From positions 1-54,818 of IMG/VR virus record IMGVR_UViG_3300017783_000027: 54,818 bases of DNA; one strand, written 5' to 3'. Under the pieces are notes generated by a model that was not told where the DNA came from, searched no databases, and saw only the letters and a list, made by a program, of their open reading frames with translations. Made by a program: the position numbers and the translations under genes. Origin of the DNA: a virus. Lineage: Duplodnaviria > Caudoviricetes. Shown piece by piece: positions 39,261 to 49,600 of the stretch. Each line of letters begins with the position of its first letter. Positions within the stretch are counted from its first letter, which is position 1.

Positions 39261-39879
39261 GTAATATTCCTGCTATTTTTTCTTGCCCTTTTTTGTTAGG
39301 GTGCCTATCTATTTCAGATATAAAATCACTTTGTTGTATTAAGTCACTCATAGTCCAACCACCTATTTGTGGTTCGCCAGAATAACCCATAAAATTAAGT
39401 TTGTCTTGGTAATGATTACTCAATGACGATTTTATACCATCTAATTTGTTTACACCTGGATTGTTAAAAGGGTGTAACATATGAAACTGTTTTAGTGGCA
39501 AATTATGATATGCACACACAGTCTGTAAACTGTAAAAATATCTTAAATTTCTTTTAATAAAATAATCAACATCACCTCTATTATCATGCATTATATTTTT
39601 TCTTCGGCCATCTTGCTCAAAGTCACTTCTACAACCTTTTGACCAACCAGCAATAACTAAAGCAATATCATTTACATCTAACTCTACAATCTTATCTAAT
39701 AATGAAGTATAAATGTATTGATTACCTGAGCCAGACCATGCTACGTTAACTAAATTAAGTTCTAGTTTTTCAGCAAGTATTTCAGGCCATTTTTTCCATG
39801 ATGTATCCATTTCTGGATGATGTACAGATTCAAAATTAGGGTCTGTCCAAGAACATCCACTAACTAGTAACGTTTTCAC
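39247..39879 (-). CDS. SGNH/GDSL-like hydrolase or acyltransferase
   Basis: GCSWT block I, N.A.SGSGN, DRHP block V. Confidence 0.65.
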   Translation of the reverse strand: MKTLLVSGCSWTDPNFESVHHPEMDTSWKKWPEILAEKLELNLVNVAWSGSGNQYIYTSLLDKIVELDVNDIALVIAGWSKGCRSDFEQDGRRKNIMHDNRGDVDYFIKRNLRYFYSLQTVCAYHNLPLKQFHMLHPFNNPGVNKLDGIKSSLSNHYQDKLNFMGYSGEPQIGGWTMSDLIQQSDFISEIDRHPNKKGQEKIAGILHENI

Positions 39880-40876
39880 TGGCTGCCTCCTCTATTGCTT
39901 TTACTAATACGTCATTATTCTCTTTATTCTCTGGTGATGTTAGACAGTAACTTTCTCTTTTTAGATAAGCACTACCACCATCTACTATACTATCGTCTCT
40001 GAGAAATATCATTTTCTTTTTGAAGTATTTGCATTCCATCATTAGTCTTGGTGCTGGGTCAAATCCTTCTTTAACGTAAACATACGTATCAAAAGAACCT
40101 AGTATATTTTTAACTGGTACTGTCACGTTGTTTAAATCTGGATTGTGATAGTTGTTATTTCTAACTAACTTATCACTTAACGTTAAGATTGCATGTGATT
40201 TAAAGTTCTTAATTGTGGAGACAGGTTTGTATTCAAATCCTTGGCCTTCATAAAAAGGTAATTCGGTAACTTTTCTTTCGCCGAACATAATGTGGTCTGG
40301 ATTTTCTAGGTGTATATACTTTTCAATTGACGCATAGTATTTTTCATTTACACCATTGAATAGATAATCATATTGTATCTCATCTTTCCATGGTTTGTAC
40401 ATAGAGAAGTTTATTACTTTTTTAAAGTGTTCTCCTTCGCCCTCTGGATAAACATCATAATCACATAAATCCCATATCTTTTTAGGTGACCAATATGCTA
40501 CTGCTCTAGGATAATCAACAGGATGATTTTCTGAATATACGGCAACAATTTTATTAGAGAATAATAAATGTAACGATAGTAACTGATTACGTTTATATTC
40601 TTTTCTAACTTTATGTGGTAGAGTTAACATACTTCTACCCATAATCATTGTTATCTCATCATTTTTAGGTAGATAGTTATTTACGATAACGTTATTTGCA
40701 TGACCATATTTTCGTATCAGTGCATTTCTATATTCAGAAACAATACCTCTAGGATGTGGTACACAAACAACTTGAGCGTCAATACCAATTGACCTTAAAT
40801 AAGTACAATGTTCATAACTATAATACAATAGTCCATCACAAGGTTTACTAGTACATACTATATTAACTTTTACCAT
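39860..40876 (-). CDS. hypothetical protein (GT-B-like possible)
   Basis: 338 aa in the operon; FD.YVY....FDPAPRL.MEC motif reminiscent of GT-B donor-binding segment. Confidence 0.55.
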   Translation of the reverse strand: MVKVNIVCTSKPCDGLLYYSYEHCTYLRSIGIDAQVVCVPHPRGIVSEYRNALIRKYGHANNVIVNNYLPKNDEITMIMGRSMLTLPHKVRKEYKRNQLLSLHLLFSNKIVAVYSENHPVDYPRAVAYWSPKKIWDLCDYDVYPEGEGEHFKKVINFSMYKPWKDEIQYDYLFNGVNEKYYASIEKYIHLENPDHIMFGERKVTELPFYEGQGFEYKPVSTIKNFKSHAILTLSDKLVRNNNYHNPDLNNVTVPVKNILGSFDTYVYVKEGFDPAPRLMMECKYFKKKMIFLRDDSIVDGGSAYLKRESYCLTSPENKENNDVLVKAIEEAASENVTS

Positions 40877-41679
40877 ACTAAATCAAATGCCCATTTTCTC
40901 TCATAACACCAAAAACATTTATGACATTCTCTGGTGTAGTTATCTGTATCTTTTGCTGTACCTGTACAAGAACGTGTTATTTCAAATAAATCCATAATGT
41001 TATTTTGTTTGTAAATATCTGCTACAAACTTTTTATCTACATTGAGAAATGGTTTGTAACGGTTGTATTTTAATCTAACTCTATTTGTATAATGATTACG
41101 TCTATCTTCTCCTTTATGACCAAAAGTTTCTAGTGCCTCTGGTGGTGGATTACCAGTAAGACCATCTAACATCATAGGTTTATGAAACTTCTTAACCATA
41201 TGTTCACATATTTCATGTATTAAGATTATCTTAGTCATTTGCTTAATACTTAAATTTTTATATTCATCTTTATCTTTTGATAATTTAGGGTCATCTGATA
41301 CACCATCAATAGCCTTTTGTGCTTCAGGCCAATGTTTTTCGTCTCTATCATTGAAATCAAAAGTTTCAATGTCATGTAGATTTGCATGTGGAAATTTATT
41401 TTGAATATACTTAACTATCTTATCAGCTGCGATAGCGTCTTTAAGAGCATTGTTACCAATATCTCTTGCAGTAAAAGGATAGTAATGTAAATTTGGATAA
41501 TGTTTACAAGAAAGATATAATGCAGAGGCAGAATCAGCACCACCTGAAAGTGATACAATTATGTTTTCTGGAAGGCCTTCTGAATTAAGAACGAGGCCTT
41601 TTTTAGATATTGGCGAGGCGTTCATCATCTGTTCCATGTCATAGAATGGTATAGTAATATTATTATATGTTACGTTCAT
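40870..41679 (-). CDS. QueC-like N-type ATP pyrophosphatase
   Basis: SLSGGADS PP-loop, PF..DK, TRSC...CHKCFWCYER zinc site; start moved to MNVTY. Confidence 0.8.
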   Translation of the reverse strand: MNVTYNNITIPFYDMEQMMNASPISKKGLVLNSEGLPENIIVSLSGGADSASALYLSCKHYPNLHYYPFTARDIGNNALKDAIAADKIVKYIQNKFPHANLHDIETFDFNDRDEKHWPEAQKAIDGVSDDPKLSKDKDEYKNLSIKQMTKIILIHEICEHMVKKFHKPMMLDGLTGNPPPEALETFGHKGEDRRNHYTNRVRLKYNRYKPFLNVDKKFVADIYKQNNIMDLFEITRSCTGTAKDTDNYTRECHKCFWCYERKWAFDLVW

Positions 41680-41702
41680 TTCACTTCTCAATTATGTACT
41701 AC

Positions 41703-41721
41703 TATTTATACGTCATAAATA
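41703..41721. promoter_or_regulatory. back-to-back late promoters (TATAAATA on minus 41703-41710; CATAAATA on plus 41714-41721)
   Basis: Boxes face the modification operon and the divergent oxygenase. Confidence 0.8.
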
Positions 41722-41726
41722 TACGT

Positions 41727-42512
41727 ATGTTTAAGAATGAAGCGAATAGGTTTTTTAATGCTAGTGATGATAATTACCAAGACTTTGGTTGGCATGAGTT
41801 TACATTAGAAGAGTTAGGTTTACCACCAGCAGAAGATATATTAAAAGGTGTCAAGGCAATTGAGAAAGAAGTAGGTCTAATTGGTTGGCGAACAAAGGAT
41901 AGTACAAACGAAAACTATAAAGGATTTGGTATTACATATAACCCTACATTTCATAAAGACGAAAATCCACACCATCAAGTATTTGGCTCAAGATTATCTA
42001 CTCAAACATTTGCACAAGACGACCAAGAACATGAACAGCTTGAAAATACATATTATGATACATTTGGTTTTAGAAAGAGAACACCAGAGGTTGACAAACA
42101 TCTAGGTTTTTTATTAGATAGATTTGCCTTTCATGTTTCACGTAGTAGGGTTGGTTATGTATTTGGTTATGGTTTAGAACCAAATCGCAAAGGTTGGCAT
42201 ATTGATGAACCACCACAAATGCTATTAAGAGTTAATATACCTTTACAAACTAGTGATGAATATGTTATGCAGTGGAAAGATAACACTTACAAACTAGAAG
42301 TGGGAAAAGCATATCTCTGGAATACAAGAATTAAACATAGACCAACTATCACACGAAAAGTAGAGACAAAAGAACCTAGAATTAACTTGGTAATTGGTCT
42401 AACACCTTGGTTAACCTACGACCCCGAAATGGATAAATATAGTAAAAATGAGTTATTTGGAAAATCAATCAAAGAGATTGTTGAGAATAAATTATTTGTA
42501 AAAGGAGATTAA
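41727..42512 (+). CDS. aspartyl/asparaginyl beta-hydroxylase-like 2OG-Fe(II) oxygenase
   Basis: RSRV, GWHIDE, RVNIPLQT, LEVGKAYLWNT..KHR, RINLV; start moved to MFKNEA. Confidence 0.8.
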   Translation: MFKNEANRFFNASDDNYQDFGWHEFTLEELGLPPAEDILKGVKAIEKEVGLIGWRTKDSTNENYKGFGITYNPTFHKDENPHHQVFGSRLSTQTFAQDDQEHEQLENTYYDTFGFRKRTPEVDKHLGFLLDRFAFHVSRSRVGYVFGYGLEPNRKGWHIDEPPQMLLRVNIPLQTSDEYVMQWKDNTYKLEVGKAYLWNTRIKHRPTITRKVETKEPRINLVIGLTPWLTYDPEMDKYSKNELFGKSIKEIVENKLFVKGD

Positions 42513-42513
42513 G

Positions 42514-42807
42514 ATGGCGTGGGTAACTAGAACACTTACACAAACTAGAGCATATACTGATACACCTTTTTATGAGCCGTCAGAAGAATTTTTAGCGGCT
42601 GTAAAGACATATACAGACTCAGGTAGGTCTGGTTCAGTTGTAGATAGTATCAGTGAAGACCAAATGGTCAAAACAACTGTATTGAGCTTCTATAGTGAAG
42701 AAGCATTTGATGATTATAAAGCAAACGAAGCGATACAAGCAGAGTACACTAGAAGACAAACATATTGCAGTGATAATAATATTACTGAGAATGTTGTACA
42801 AAGCTAG
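42514..42807 (+). CDS. hypothetical protein
   Basis: 97 aa; AAGGAG RBS. Confidence 0.75.
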   Translation: MAWVTRTLTQTRAYTDTPFYEPSEEFLAAVKTYTDSGRSGSVVDSISEDQMVKTTVLSFYSEEAFDDYKANEAIQAEYTRRQTYCSDNNITENVVQS

Positions 42808-42816
42808 TATTTTTAT

Positions 42817-42824
42817 TATAAATA
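42817..42824 (+). promoter_or_regulatory. T4-type late promoter TATAAATA
   Basis: Exact consensus. Confidence 0.8.
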
Positions 42825-42843
42825 GTAATAATAGGAGAATATT

Positions 42844-43062
42844 ATGATTACAATAGATGGAAAAGAGTATGACGAAACAAAATTTAGCAGTGAATTGAGA
42901 AACTATATCACAGCAAGACAAGAAGTCGTTACAAGTAAAACGAGACTTGCTATTGAAATGGAAAAAACTGACGTACTGACAAAATTTTACAATGACAAAA
43001 TCGTAGAGTTGTTGAAGACCGAATCAGATGGTTTTCAATCAGCAGAAAAAACAGAAGAGTAA
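42844..43062 (+). CDS. hypothetical protein
   Basis: MITIDGKEY; AGGAG RBS. Confidence 0.75.
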   Translation: MITIDGKEYDETKFSSELRNYITARQEVVTSKTRLAIEMEKTDVLTKFYNDKIVELLKTESDGFQSAEKTEE

Positions 43063-43068
43063 AGAAAT

Positions 43069-43410
43069 ATGGCAGCTATAGCTAACTTATCGGTAGACCA
43101 AGGGGCAACATTTACCTCTGACGTAACAGTCAAAGACGCTAATGGTAATCCTTTTGATTTAAGTGGTTATACAGCACAAGCAAAATTAGCAAAAGGATAC
43201 AATAGTGTCAATACTAGAGTATCTTTCACTACTACAGTAGCCGCAGACGCTACCACAGGTATTGTTTCCTTACAGTTATCTAAAACTCAAACCGAGGCAT
43301 TAGATGATACCAGATACGTTTACGATTTAGAAATTACACAAACCAGTAGCGGAAACGTTACTAGAGTGATTGAAGGCATAATTACAGTTAGACCACAAGT
43401 TTCAGTATAA
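43069..43410 (+). CDS. BppU-N-like Ig-fold fibre anchoring protein
   Basis: DQGATF, DLSGYT, L..QT..L..RYVYD.E, RVIEG. Confidence 0.75.
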   Translation: MAAIANLSVDQGATFTSDVTVKDANGNPFDLSGYTAQAKLAKGYNSVNTRVSFTTTVAADATTGIVSLQLSKTQTEALDDTRYVYDLEITQTSSGNVTRVIEGIITVRPQVSV

Positions 43411-43426
43411 TACAACTCCTTTTCAT

Positions 43427-43434
43427 TATAAATA
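43427..43434 (+). promoter_or_regulatory. T4-type late promoter TATAAATA
   Basis: Exact consensus. Confidence 0.8.
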
Positions 43435-43453
43435 GTACAAAGAGGGAGCAATA

Positions 43454-43702
43454 ATGCCTGATATTACAGCAAAAATTAACGTTAACACATCAGCGGGTCC
43501 AGATAAAGTATCAGTTACTTTGCCATCGGCTCAGGCAGCAGCCAACAGTTCCTTACAATTAAAGTCGTTGGGTGACGTAGACGCAAGTACATTGAATGAT
43601 GGTGCGTTATTACAATATAGAGCAAGCGATGGTAAATTTGTAACAAGAACAGAAATTGTTACAACAACAGGAACGCTGTTATTTAACTGTGGGAGTTTTT
43701 AA
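43454..43702 (+). CDS. short fibre linker protein
   Basis: L..LGDVD...DGALLQY fibre motif; C-terminal FNCGSF. Confidence 0.7.
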   Translation: MPDITAKINVNTSAGPDKVSVTLPSAQAAANSSLQLKSLGDVDASTLNDGALLQYRASDGKFVTRTEIVTTTGTLLFNCGSF

Positions 43703-43709
43703 ATAAGAT

Positions 43710-45422
43710 ATGGCAACAGTAATTCAGATAAAAAGAAGTTCGGGTACTACTAGTCCCGCTACTCTAAAACAAGGTGAATTAGCTTACACATACGGTTCAG
43801 GTACCCAAGCCAATAACGGTGATAGAATATTTTTAGGTACAGGTTCAGTTGATGGTAATGGTGACGCAACAAGTATTGATATTATCGGTGGTAAGTATTT
43901 TACATCTATATTAGACCACGTTCAAGGAACATTAACGGCTAACTCTGCTCTAATAGTAGATTCAAATAGTGCGATTGACCAATTTATTGTTGGTACTTCT
44001 GCTACAGTCGGTGGTACAATTAAATTTAACGAGGGTACAAATAACGGTTCAAACTTTATTGCCCTTAAATCGCCTAACGCAGTTTCGGCTACTACAACAT
44101 TCGTATTACCAGACGGCGATGGTTCTCCAGGACAATTCTTAAAAACAGATGGTGCTGGTAATTTAGATTTTGCAACTGTAAACCAGTTTATTGATTTAGC
44201 AGGTGACACAGGAACAGATACATACAATACGGCAGAAACTTTAACATTTGCCGGTGGTGCTGGTCTTGAAGCAGTTGTAACAGACAACACAATTACATAC
44301 AATGCAACAGCATTAACAAATTCAAATTTATCTGGTAGTGCGGCTATATCAAATGCTAACTTAGCAAATCCGACAACTACAATTGGTTCATCTACATTAA
44401 CATTAGGTGCAACTACAACTGACATTGCAGGTATAACTTCATTAGTTGTTGATGATATTACGACAAACGGTCAAACTATATCTACAACAGCAAGTAACAA
44501 AGATATTAATTTATCGCCACACGGTACAGGTTCAGTAATTGTACCATCAGGTTACGAAGACAGAGCAGGTTTTCAATCACAGTCACTTGCTAACAAAGCA
44601 TATGTTGACCAAGTTGCTCAAGGCCTTGACGCTAAACCATCTGCTAAAGCGGCTTCTACAGCAAACTTATCAGCGACATATGATAATGGTACTGCTGGTG
44701 TCGGCGCAACATTAACAAACTCTGGCTCACAAGCTGCATTAACACTTGACGGTGTAACTTTAGTTGTTGCAGATAGAATATTAATTAAAGACCAAACAAC
44801 AGCTGCTCAAAACGGTATCTATGTTGTAACTACAGTTGGTGATGGTTCATCAAATTGGGTTTTAACAAGAGCAACTCCGGAAGACCAACCTGCTGAATTA
44901 TCAGGTGGTTCATTCGTATTCGTTGAAGAAGGTACTGCTGGTGGTAATAACGGTTATGTATTTACTCACACAGGTGCTCCTACATTTGGTACAACAGCAT
45001 TAGATGTATCACAGTTTTCAGGTGCTGGGCAAGTTATTGCTGGTGACGCATTATCAAAAACAGGTAATACACTTAATGTAGAAACAGATAACTCATCTAT
45101 TGAAGTTAACTCAGACGCATTAAGAGTTAAAGCATTAGGTATTACAGACGCCATGTTAGCAGGCTCAATTTCAAGTGCTAAACTAACTGACCCATTATAC
45201 TTTACAGACGAAAGTTCTACACAAGGTAATGTAAGATTAGGTGGTACTTTAGAATTTCTTGCTGGCGAGGGTATTAATACAGTAGCAAGTGGTAACACAA
45301 TTCAAATCGTTGGTGAATTAGCAAGTACATCAAATAAAGGTGTTGCTTCATTTCATTCAGACAACTTTACAGTAACATCTGGTGTAGTTACAATTTCAAC
45401 AGTTGACGGCGGAACATATTAA
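43710..45422 (+). CDS. tail fibre protein
   Basis: N-terminal IQIKRS...L..GELA (Mtd-N-like); ANKAYVD; DRILIKDQ...QNGIY; C-terminal VDGGTY. Confidence 0.8.
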   Translation: MATVIQIKRSSGTTSPATLKQGELAYTYGSGTQANNGDRIFLGTGSVDGNGDATSIDIIGGKYFTSILDHVQGTLTANSALIVDSNSAIDQFIVGTSATVGGTIKFNEGTNNGSNFIALKSPNAVSATTTFVLPDGDGSPGQFLKTDGAGNLDFATVNQFIDLAGDTGTDTYNTAETLTFAGGAGLEAVVTDNTITYNATALTNSNLSGSAAISNANLANPTTTIGSSTLTLGATTTDIAGITSLVVDDITTNGQTISTTASNKDINLSPHGTGSVIVPSGYEDRAGFQSQSLANKAYVDQVAQGLDAKPSAKAASTANLSATYDNGTAGVGATLTNSGSQAALTLDGVTLVVADRILIKDQTTAAQNGIYVVTTVGDGSSNWVLTRATPEDQPAELSGGSFVFVEEGTAGGNNGYVFTHTGAPTFGTTALDVSQFSGAGQVIAGDALSKTGNTLNVETDNSSIEVNSDALRVKALGITDAMLAGSISSAKLTDPLYFTDESSTQGNVRLGGTLEFLAGEGINTVASGNTIQIVGELASTSNKGVASFHSDNFTVTSGVVTISTVDGGTY

Positions 45423-45424
45423 CA

Positions 45425-45856
45425 ATGGCAACAGTTCTTAAACCAAAAAGAAGTGAAACAAGTTTAAGTTTACCTGCTACTAGTGATTTAGAAGTCGGCG
45501 AATTGGCAATGAACATTGCTGATGGTAAGTTTTATACTAAAACATCAAGCAACGTTGTCAAAGAAATGGGTGGTGCCGGTTCTGCTATTCTAAATGACGT
45601 AACAGCAAACGGAAATATTACCAACCAAGATATTATTCTAAACGGTTCAGACCTAGTATTTGAAGGTAATTTAGCAAACGCATTTGAAACAAATTTAACG
45701 GCTCTTGAGCCAACTTCTGATAGGGTAATCAGTTTACCAAACGTTTCAGGAACAATAATTACAACCGGAAATTTAACAACTGACGGAAGTACAACAGGAG
45801 ACGCATTAGTAGGTGAGGGTGACGCCCTTGCTTATGCAATCGTCTTTGGAGGATAA
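45425..45856 (+). CDS. short fibre/adaptor protein
   Basis: N-terminal KPKRS...L.VGELA; FEG..FET..PT.DR.I.LP module; C-terminal AIVFGG. Confidence 0.75.
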   Translation: MATVLKPKRSETSLSLPATSDLEVGELAMNIADGKFYTKTSSNVVKEMGGAGSAILNDVTANGNITNQDIILNGSDLVFEGNLANAFETNLTALEPTSDRVISLPNVSGTIITTGNLTTDGSTTGDALVGEGDALAYAIVFGG

Positions 45857-45864
45857 TATAAACT

Positions 45865-46215
45865 ATGGCTTCATCATTTAAGAACGCAGGAATGACAGTG
45901 GCAACAACTGACAACAGTTCAGCAAATGTATATACGGCAAGTACCAATGGTGGTGCCGTTATTCATGCTGTATATATTTCAAATAAACATCCAACTAACT
46001 ATGCAAACGTTGATGTAAAAGTGACCACAGACGGTGGTAGTACATTTCATCACATAGGAAAGTCTCTAATTGTTGAACCAGAGAACACTTTACAGTTGGA
46101 TAAACCAATTAACATGGAACAAAACGATATTTTAAGAATAGTTGCAGAATTAAACTCTGACAGTTCAACTCCGGATGTTGAGTGTTTTGCAAGTATTTTG
46201 GAAGTAACTGTATAA
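45865..46215 (+). CDS. small beta-sandwich virion adaptor (paralog of 50028..50387)
   Basis: Aligns by eye with 50028..50387 (VYISNK/VTITNK; MEQNDILR/LEEGDQIR). Confidence 0.7.
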   Translation: MASSFKNAGMTVATTDNSSANVYTASTNGGAVIHAVYISNKHPTNYANVDVKVTTDGGSTFHHIGKSLIVEPENTLQLDKPINMEQNDILRIVAELNSDSSTPDVECFASILEVTV

Positions 46216-46220
46216 ACTAT

Positions 46221-46228
46221 TATAAATA
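46221..46228 (+). promoter_or_regulatory. T4-type late promoter TATAAATA
   Basis: Exact consensus. Confidence 0.8.
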
Positions 46229-46253
46229 ATACGTAAGAGGGAAGAACAAAAGT

Positions 46254-46658
46254 ATGAGTTATTTAATTGCAAAGAAAAATGATACTTCAATTTTTGGTTC
46301 AGACCAAGCAGCCTTTCACGGTTTACGAGTTGACCGAGAGGGTGCAAAGGACGGCTTATTAACATACAGTAAAGTTCTACTTTCTTCTGGTGAATCAGTT
46401 ACACTAGCAGATTACGGTGTACCTTATAATGGAATTGATGACGCAAATGCTGGTACAGCAAATGCATATATCAGAGGTTCTTCAACAGAATTAGATGATA
46501 GAAGAACACCAGGTGGTAGAAAATATGATGGTGCTAGATTTGATGGTAATAAATTAACATACTACATGAACGCTGATGGTTTTCTAGTAGCAAGATATTT
46601 CGCTGAATATACATATAACAGTGGTTCAGCTGGACAAACAAGAAACTGGACGGAGTAA
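46254..46658 (+). CDS. virion-associated protein preceding the long fibre
   Basis: FHGLR..G.L.Y, YY...DGFLVAR. Confidence 0.65.
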   Translation: MSYLIAKKNDTSIFGSDQAAFHGLRVDREGAKDGLLTYSKVLLSSGESVTLADYGVPYNGIDDANAGTANAYIRGSSTELDDRRTPGGRKYDGARFDGNKLTYYMNADGFLVARYFAEYTYNSGSAGQTRNWTE

Positions 46659-46677
46659 AAAAATTAAAGGATAACAA

Positions 46678-49600
46678 ATGGCAGATTTTGTATTAGGTAG
46701 ACTTAAATTCGTATGGAAAGGTGATTGGGCAACGTCAACGGCTTATATTGTTGATGACGTAGTAAAATACGGTGGTAATACATTTGTATGTAAATTCAAC
46801 CATACTTCAAGTGCAACATTCGAATCCGATTTAACAGCAAGTCCTGTTAGGTGGGAAAAAATGGTCTCTGGTCAAGACTACAAAGGCACATACGCAAATT
46901 CAACATACTATAAAGTAGATGACGTAGTAAAATACGGAGCAAGTTTATGGATATGTACAACAGCACACACAAGTGGTGCAACACTAGATGAAACTAAATT
47001 TTCAATCTATGTACCAGGTTTAGAGTTTGAGGACACATGGTCGTCTTCTACTCAATATCAATCAGGTGATATTGTAAACTATGGTGGTTACACTTATGTT
47101 GCTCAACAACAAAATTTAAACGTAGTTCCTACAGACGCTAGCGCTCAGTGGGAAGCATTAACAACAGGTTTCAAACTTACAGGTGTTTATTCTGCCTCAA
47201 CTGCCTATAAAACTGGAGATGTTGTTAAGTACGGTGGTAACACATACGTATGTAAAGCAGACGGATTAACAGCAGGTCAATATTTACCAACAAGTACATC
47301 ACACTTTGATTTACTAGTTGAAGGTATTTCACTAAAAGGTGTTTGGGACGTAAACACATCATATAAAATTGGTGAATCAGTAATTTACTTAAACAGTTCA
47401 TACTTAGCAGTAATTGATAACAACGGTCAAACGCCAGTAGTTGGTGGCGACAGTGGTTATTGGAAACTGTTTACACAAGGTGACCCAGCAGGTATTTTAA
47501 CCACACAAGGTGACTTAATTATTAGGGACGCCGTTGGCGCAACTAGATTAGGAATTGGTCGTGCTGGTGACAGACTTGTTGTAAGTGCTAACGGAAATCA
47601 ATTAGAGTATCAAACACCTACGGCTTCAAACGAAATTTACGTTGCGCCTTCAGGTTCAGATACAAATCCAGGAACAGAATCACTACCTTACAAAACTTTG
47701 AAAAAGGCAGCTTCAGTTGCTCAGACAAATGGTATTTCTCAAATTTCAGGTGTTGCAGGCGGTACCGGTGGTACTCCAAACACATACAGAAATGTTGCGA
47801 TTACAGGTGGTTCATCTTCAGGTGCTACAGCAGACGTAGTAACAGACGGTTCATCTGTAGCTTCAGTTACAATCGTTAATAACGGTACAGGTTGGTCAGA
47901 AGGAAATACTGCTACAATCGCCGGTGCAAATATCGGTGGTGCAACAGACGTAACATTCAGTGTTGAAACAGTACAATTTGGTGATACAATTCGTATGCAA
48001 GGTGGTACTTATGAAGAAGTATTCCCAATTATTATTCCATCAGGTACAACTCTATTCGGTGACTCATTAAGAGGTACTAGAATTGAACCGGCAGCTGGTA
48101 GTTCAACTTCTGTAGCAACTATTGATACAGTGGGAGCTAATGACGCAAGTAGAACACCAGGAACATATACAAATGTTGCTACTACTTCAGCAGGTTCAGG
48201 AACAGGATTAAAAGTAACAGTAGTTGTTGATGGTTCATCAGCGATTACAGTAGCAGTAACTTATGGTGGTGCTAATTATGCAGATAACGAAGTTATTACA
48301 ATTGCAGACACAGTTTTAGGTAACGGTGGTGGTGCTAACTTAACTTGCCAAGTTGCAACTTTACATAATAACAATGCATGTTCAATGTTACTTGTTAACA
48401 ACAGTACATACATTTCATTTATGACATTCCAAGGAATGACAACAGGCGCTAATGTTTGTTCACTTGACCCTAGTGGTTCAATTACAACTGCTTCTCCATA
48501 CATTCACAACTGTACTTCTGTAAACACAGGTACAACTGGTATGTTGATTGACGGATTTGCACAAGCAAGTGGTAACAAATCAATGGTTGCCAATGACTTT
48601 ACACAGATTAACTCAGACGGTACTGGAGTCCTTGCGACTAACGGTGGTCGTGCAGAGTTAGTATCAGTATTTACTTACTACTGTGATAAAGGTTTCCATG
48701 CAACAACAGGTGGTACGCTTAGAGCGCTTAACTGTTCAAACGCATACGGAGAATATGGTGCTCTTGCAGACGGTGTTACTTCAACAGAAACACCAGGTGA
48801 AGTTCAAGCAAGAGGTCATCAACTTAAATACGTTAAATTATCAGGTAATATTGCTTCTGCTACACCAGCAGCCGGCGATAGTTTAACAGGTGCTACTTCA
48901 GGTGCAACTGCTACCTTATTAGGACATGTTGCTTCAACTTTCAAACTTAAATTTGAAAACTTATCAGGCACATTCTTACCTAATGAAACAGTTAACGTAA
49001 CAGGTTCAAGTTCATATAATTTTGTAACAACAAAACTTGACGCTAACCTAGTTGATGAAGCAACAAAAACAATTACAGGTATTACATCTGCTAACCCAGC
49101 AGTAGTAACATCTGCTAATCACGGATTACAAAACGGTACTAAAATTGTTATTAGTGGCGTAGTTGGTATGACAGAAGTAAACACAAATACTTACTATGTA
49201 CAAAACACAGCAACAAACACATTTAGTTTATCATCAAGTGATGACCCGACAGTTACAACTAACGTAGATAGTTCAGCATTTACAGCATACACTTCAGGTG
49301 GTGTAATTACTCCTAAAAATGTAGTTACAGGTCAAACAGGATATCTTTTCCATGTTGACAGTACATCTTCTTTCCTAGGAACAGCAGGTGCAATGGGAGT
49401 TGGACAAAACTTCCAGTTTGCAGGTGATTCACAATATTATCGTGTTACGGCTGCGACAGAAGAAGACACAACTAATAGAAGAGCTTTAGTTGCAATTACT
49501 CCTGAAAGAACATCACCAGTTCCTGATAATACAGAGGCTGATGTAACAAAACTATTCTCAAACATTCGTCTAACAGGTCACGACTTCCTATCAATTGGTA

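Noticed and set aside
34910-41679. Complete 7-deazaguanine DNA modification pathway (QueC plus radical SAM as QueE)
   Set aside because: The radical SAM lacks QueE context and is paired with a SPASM domain; folE, queD and dpdA are not in the window
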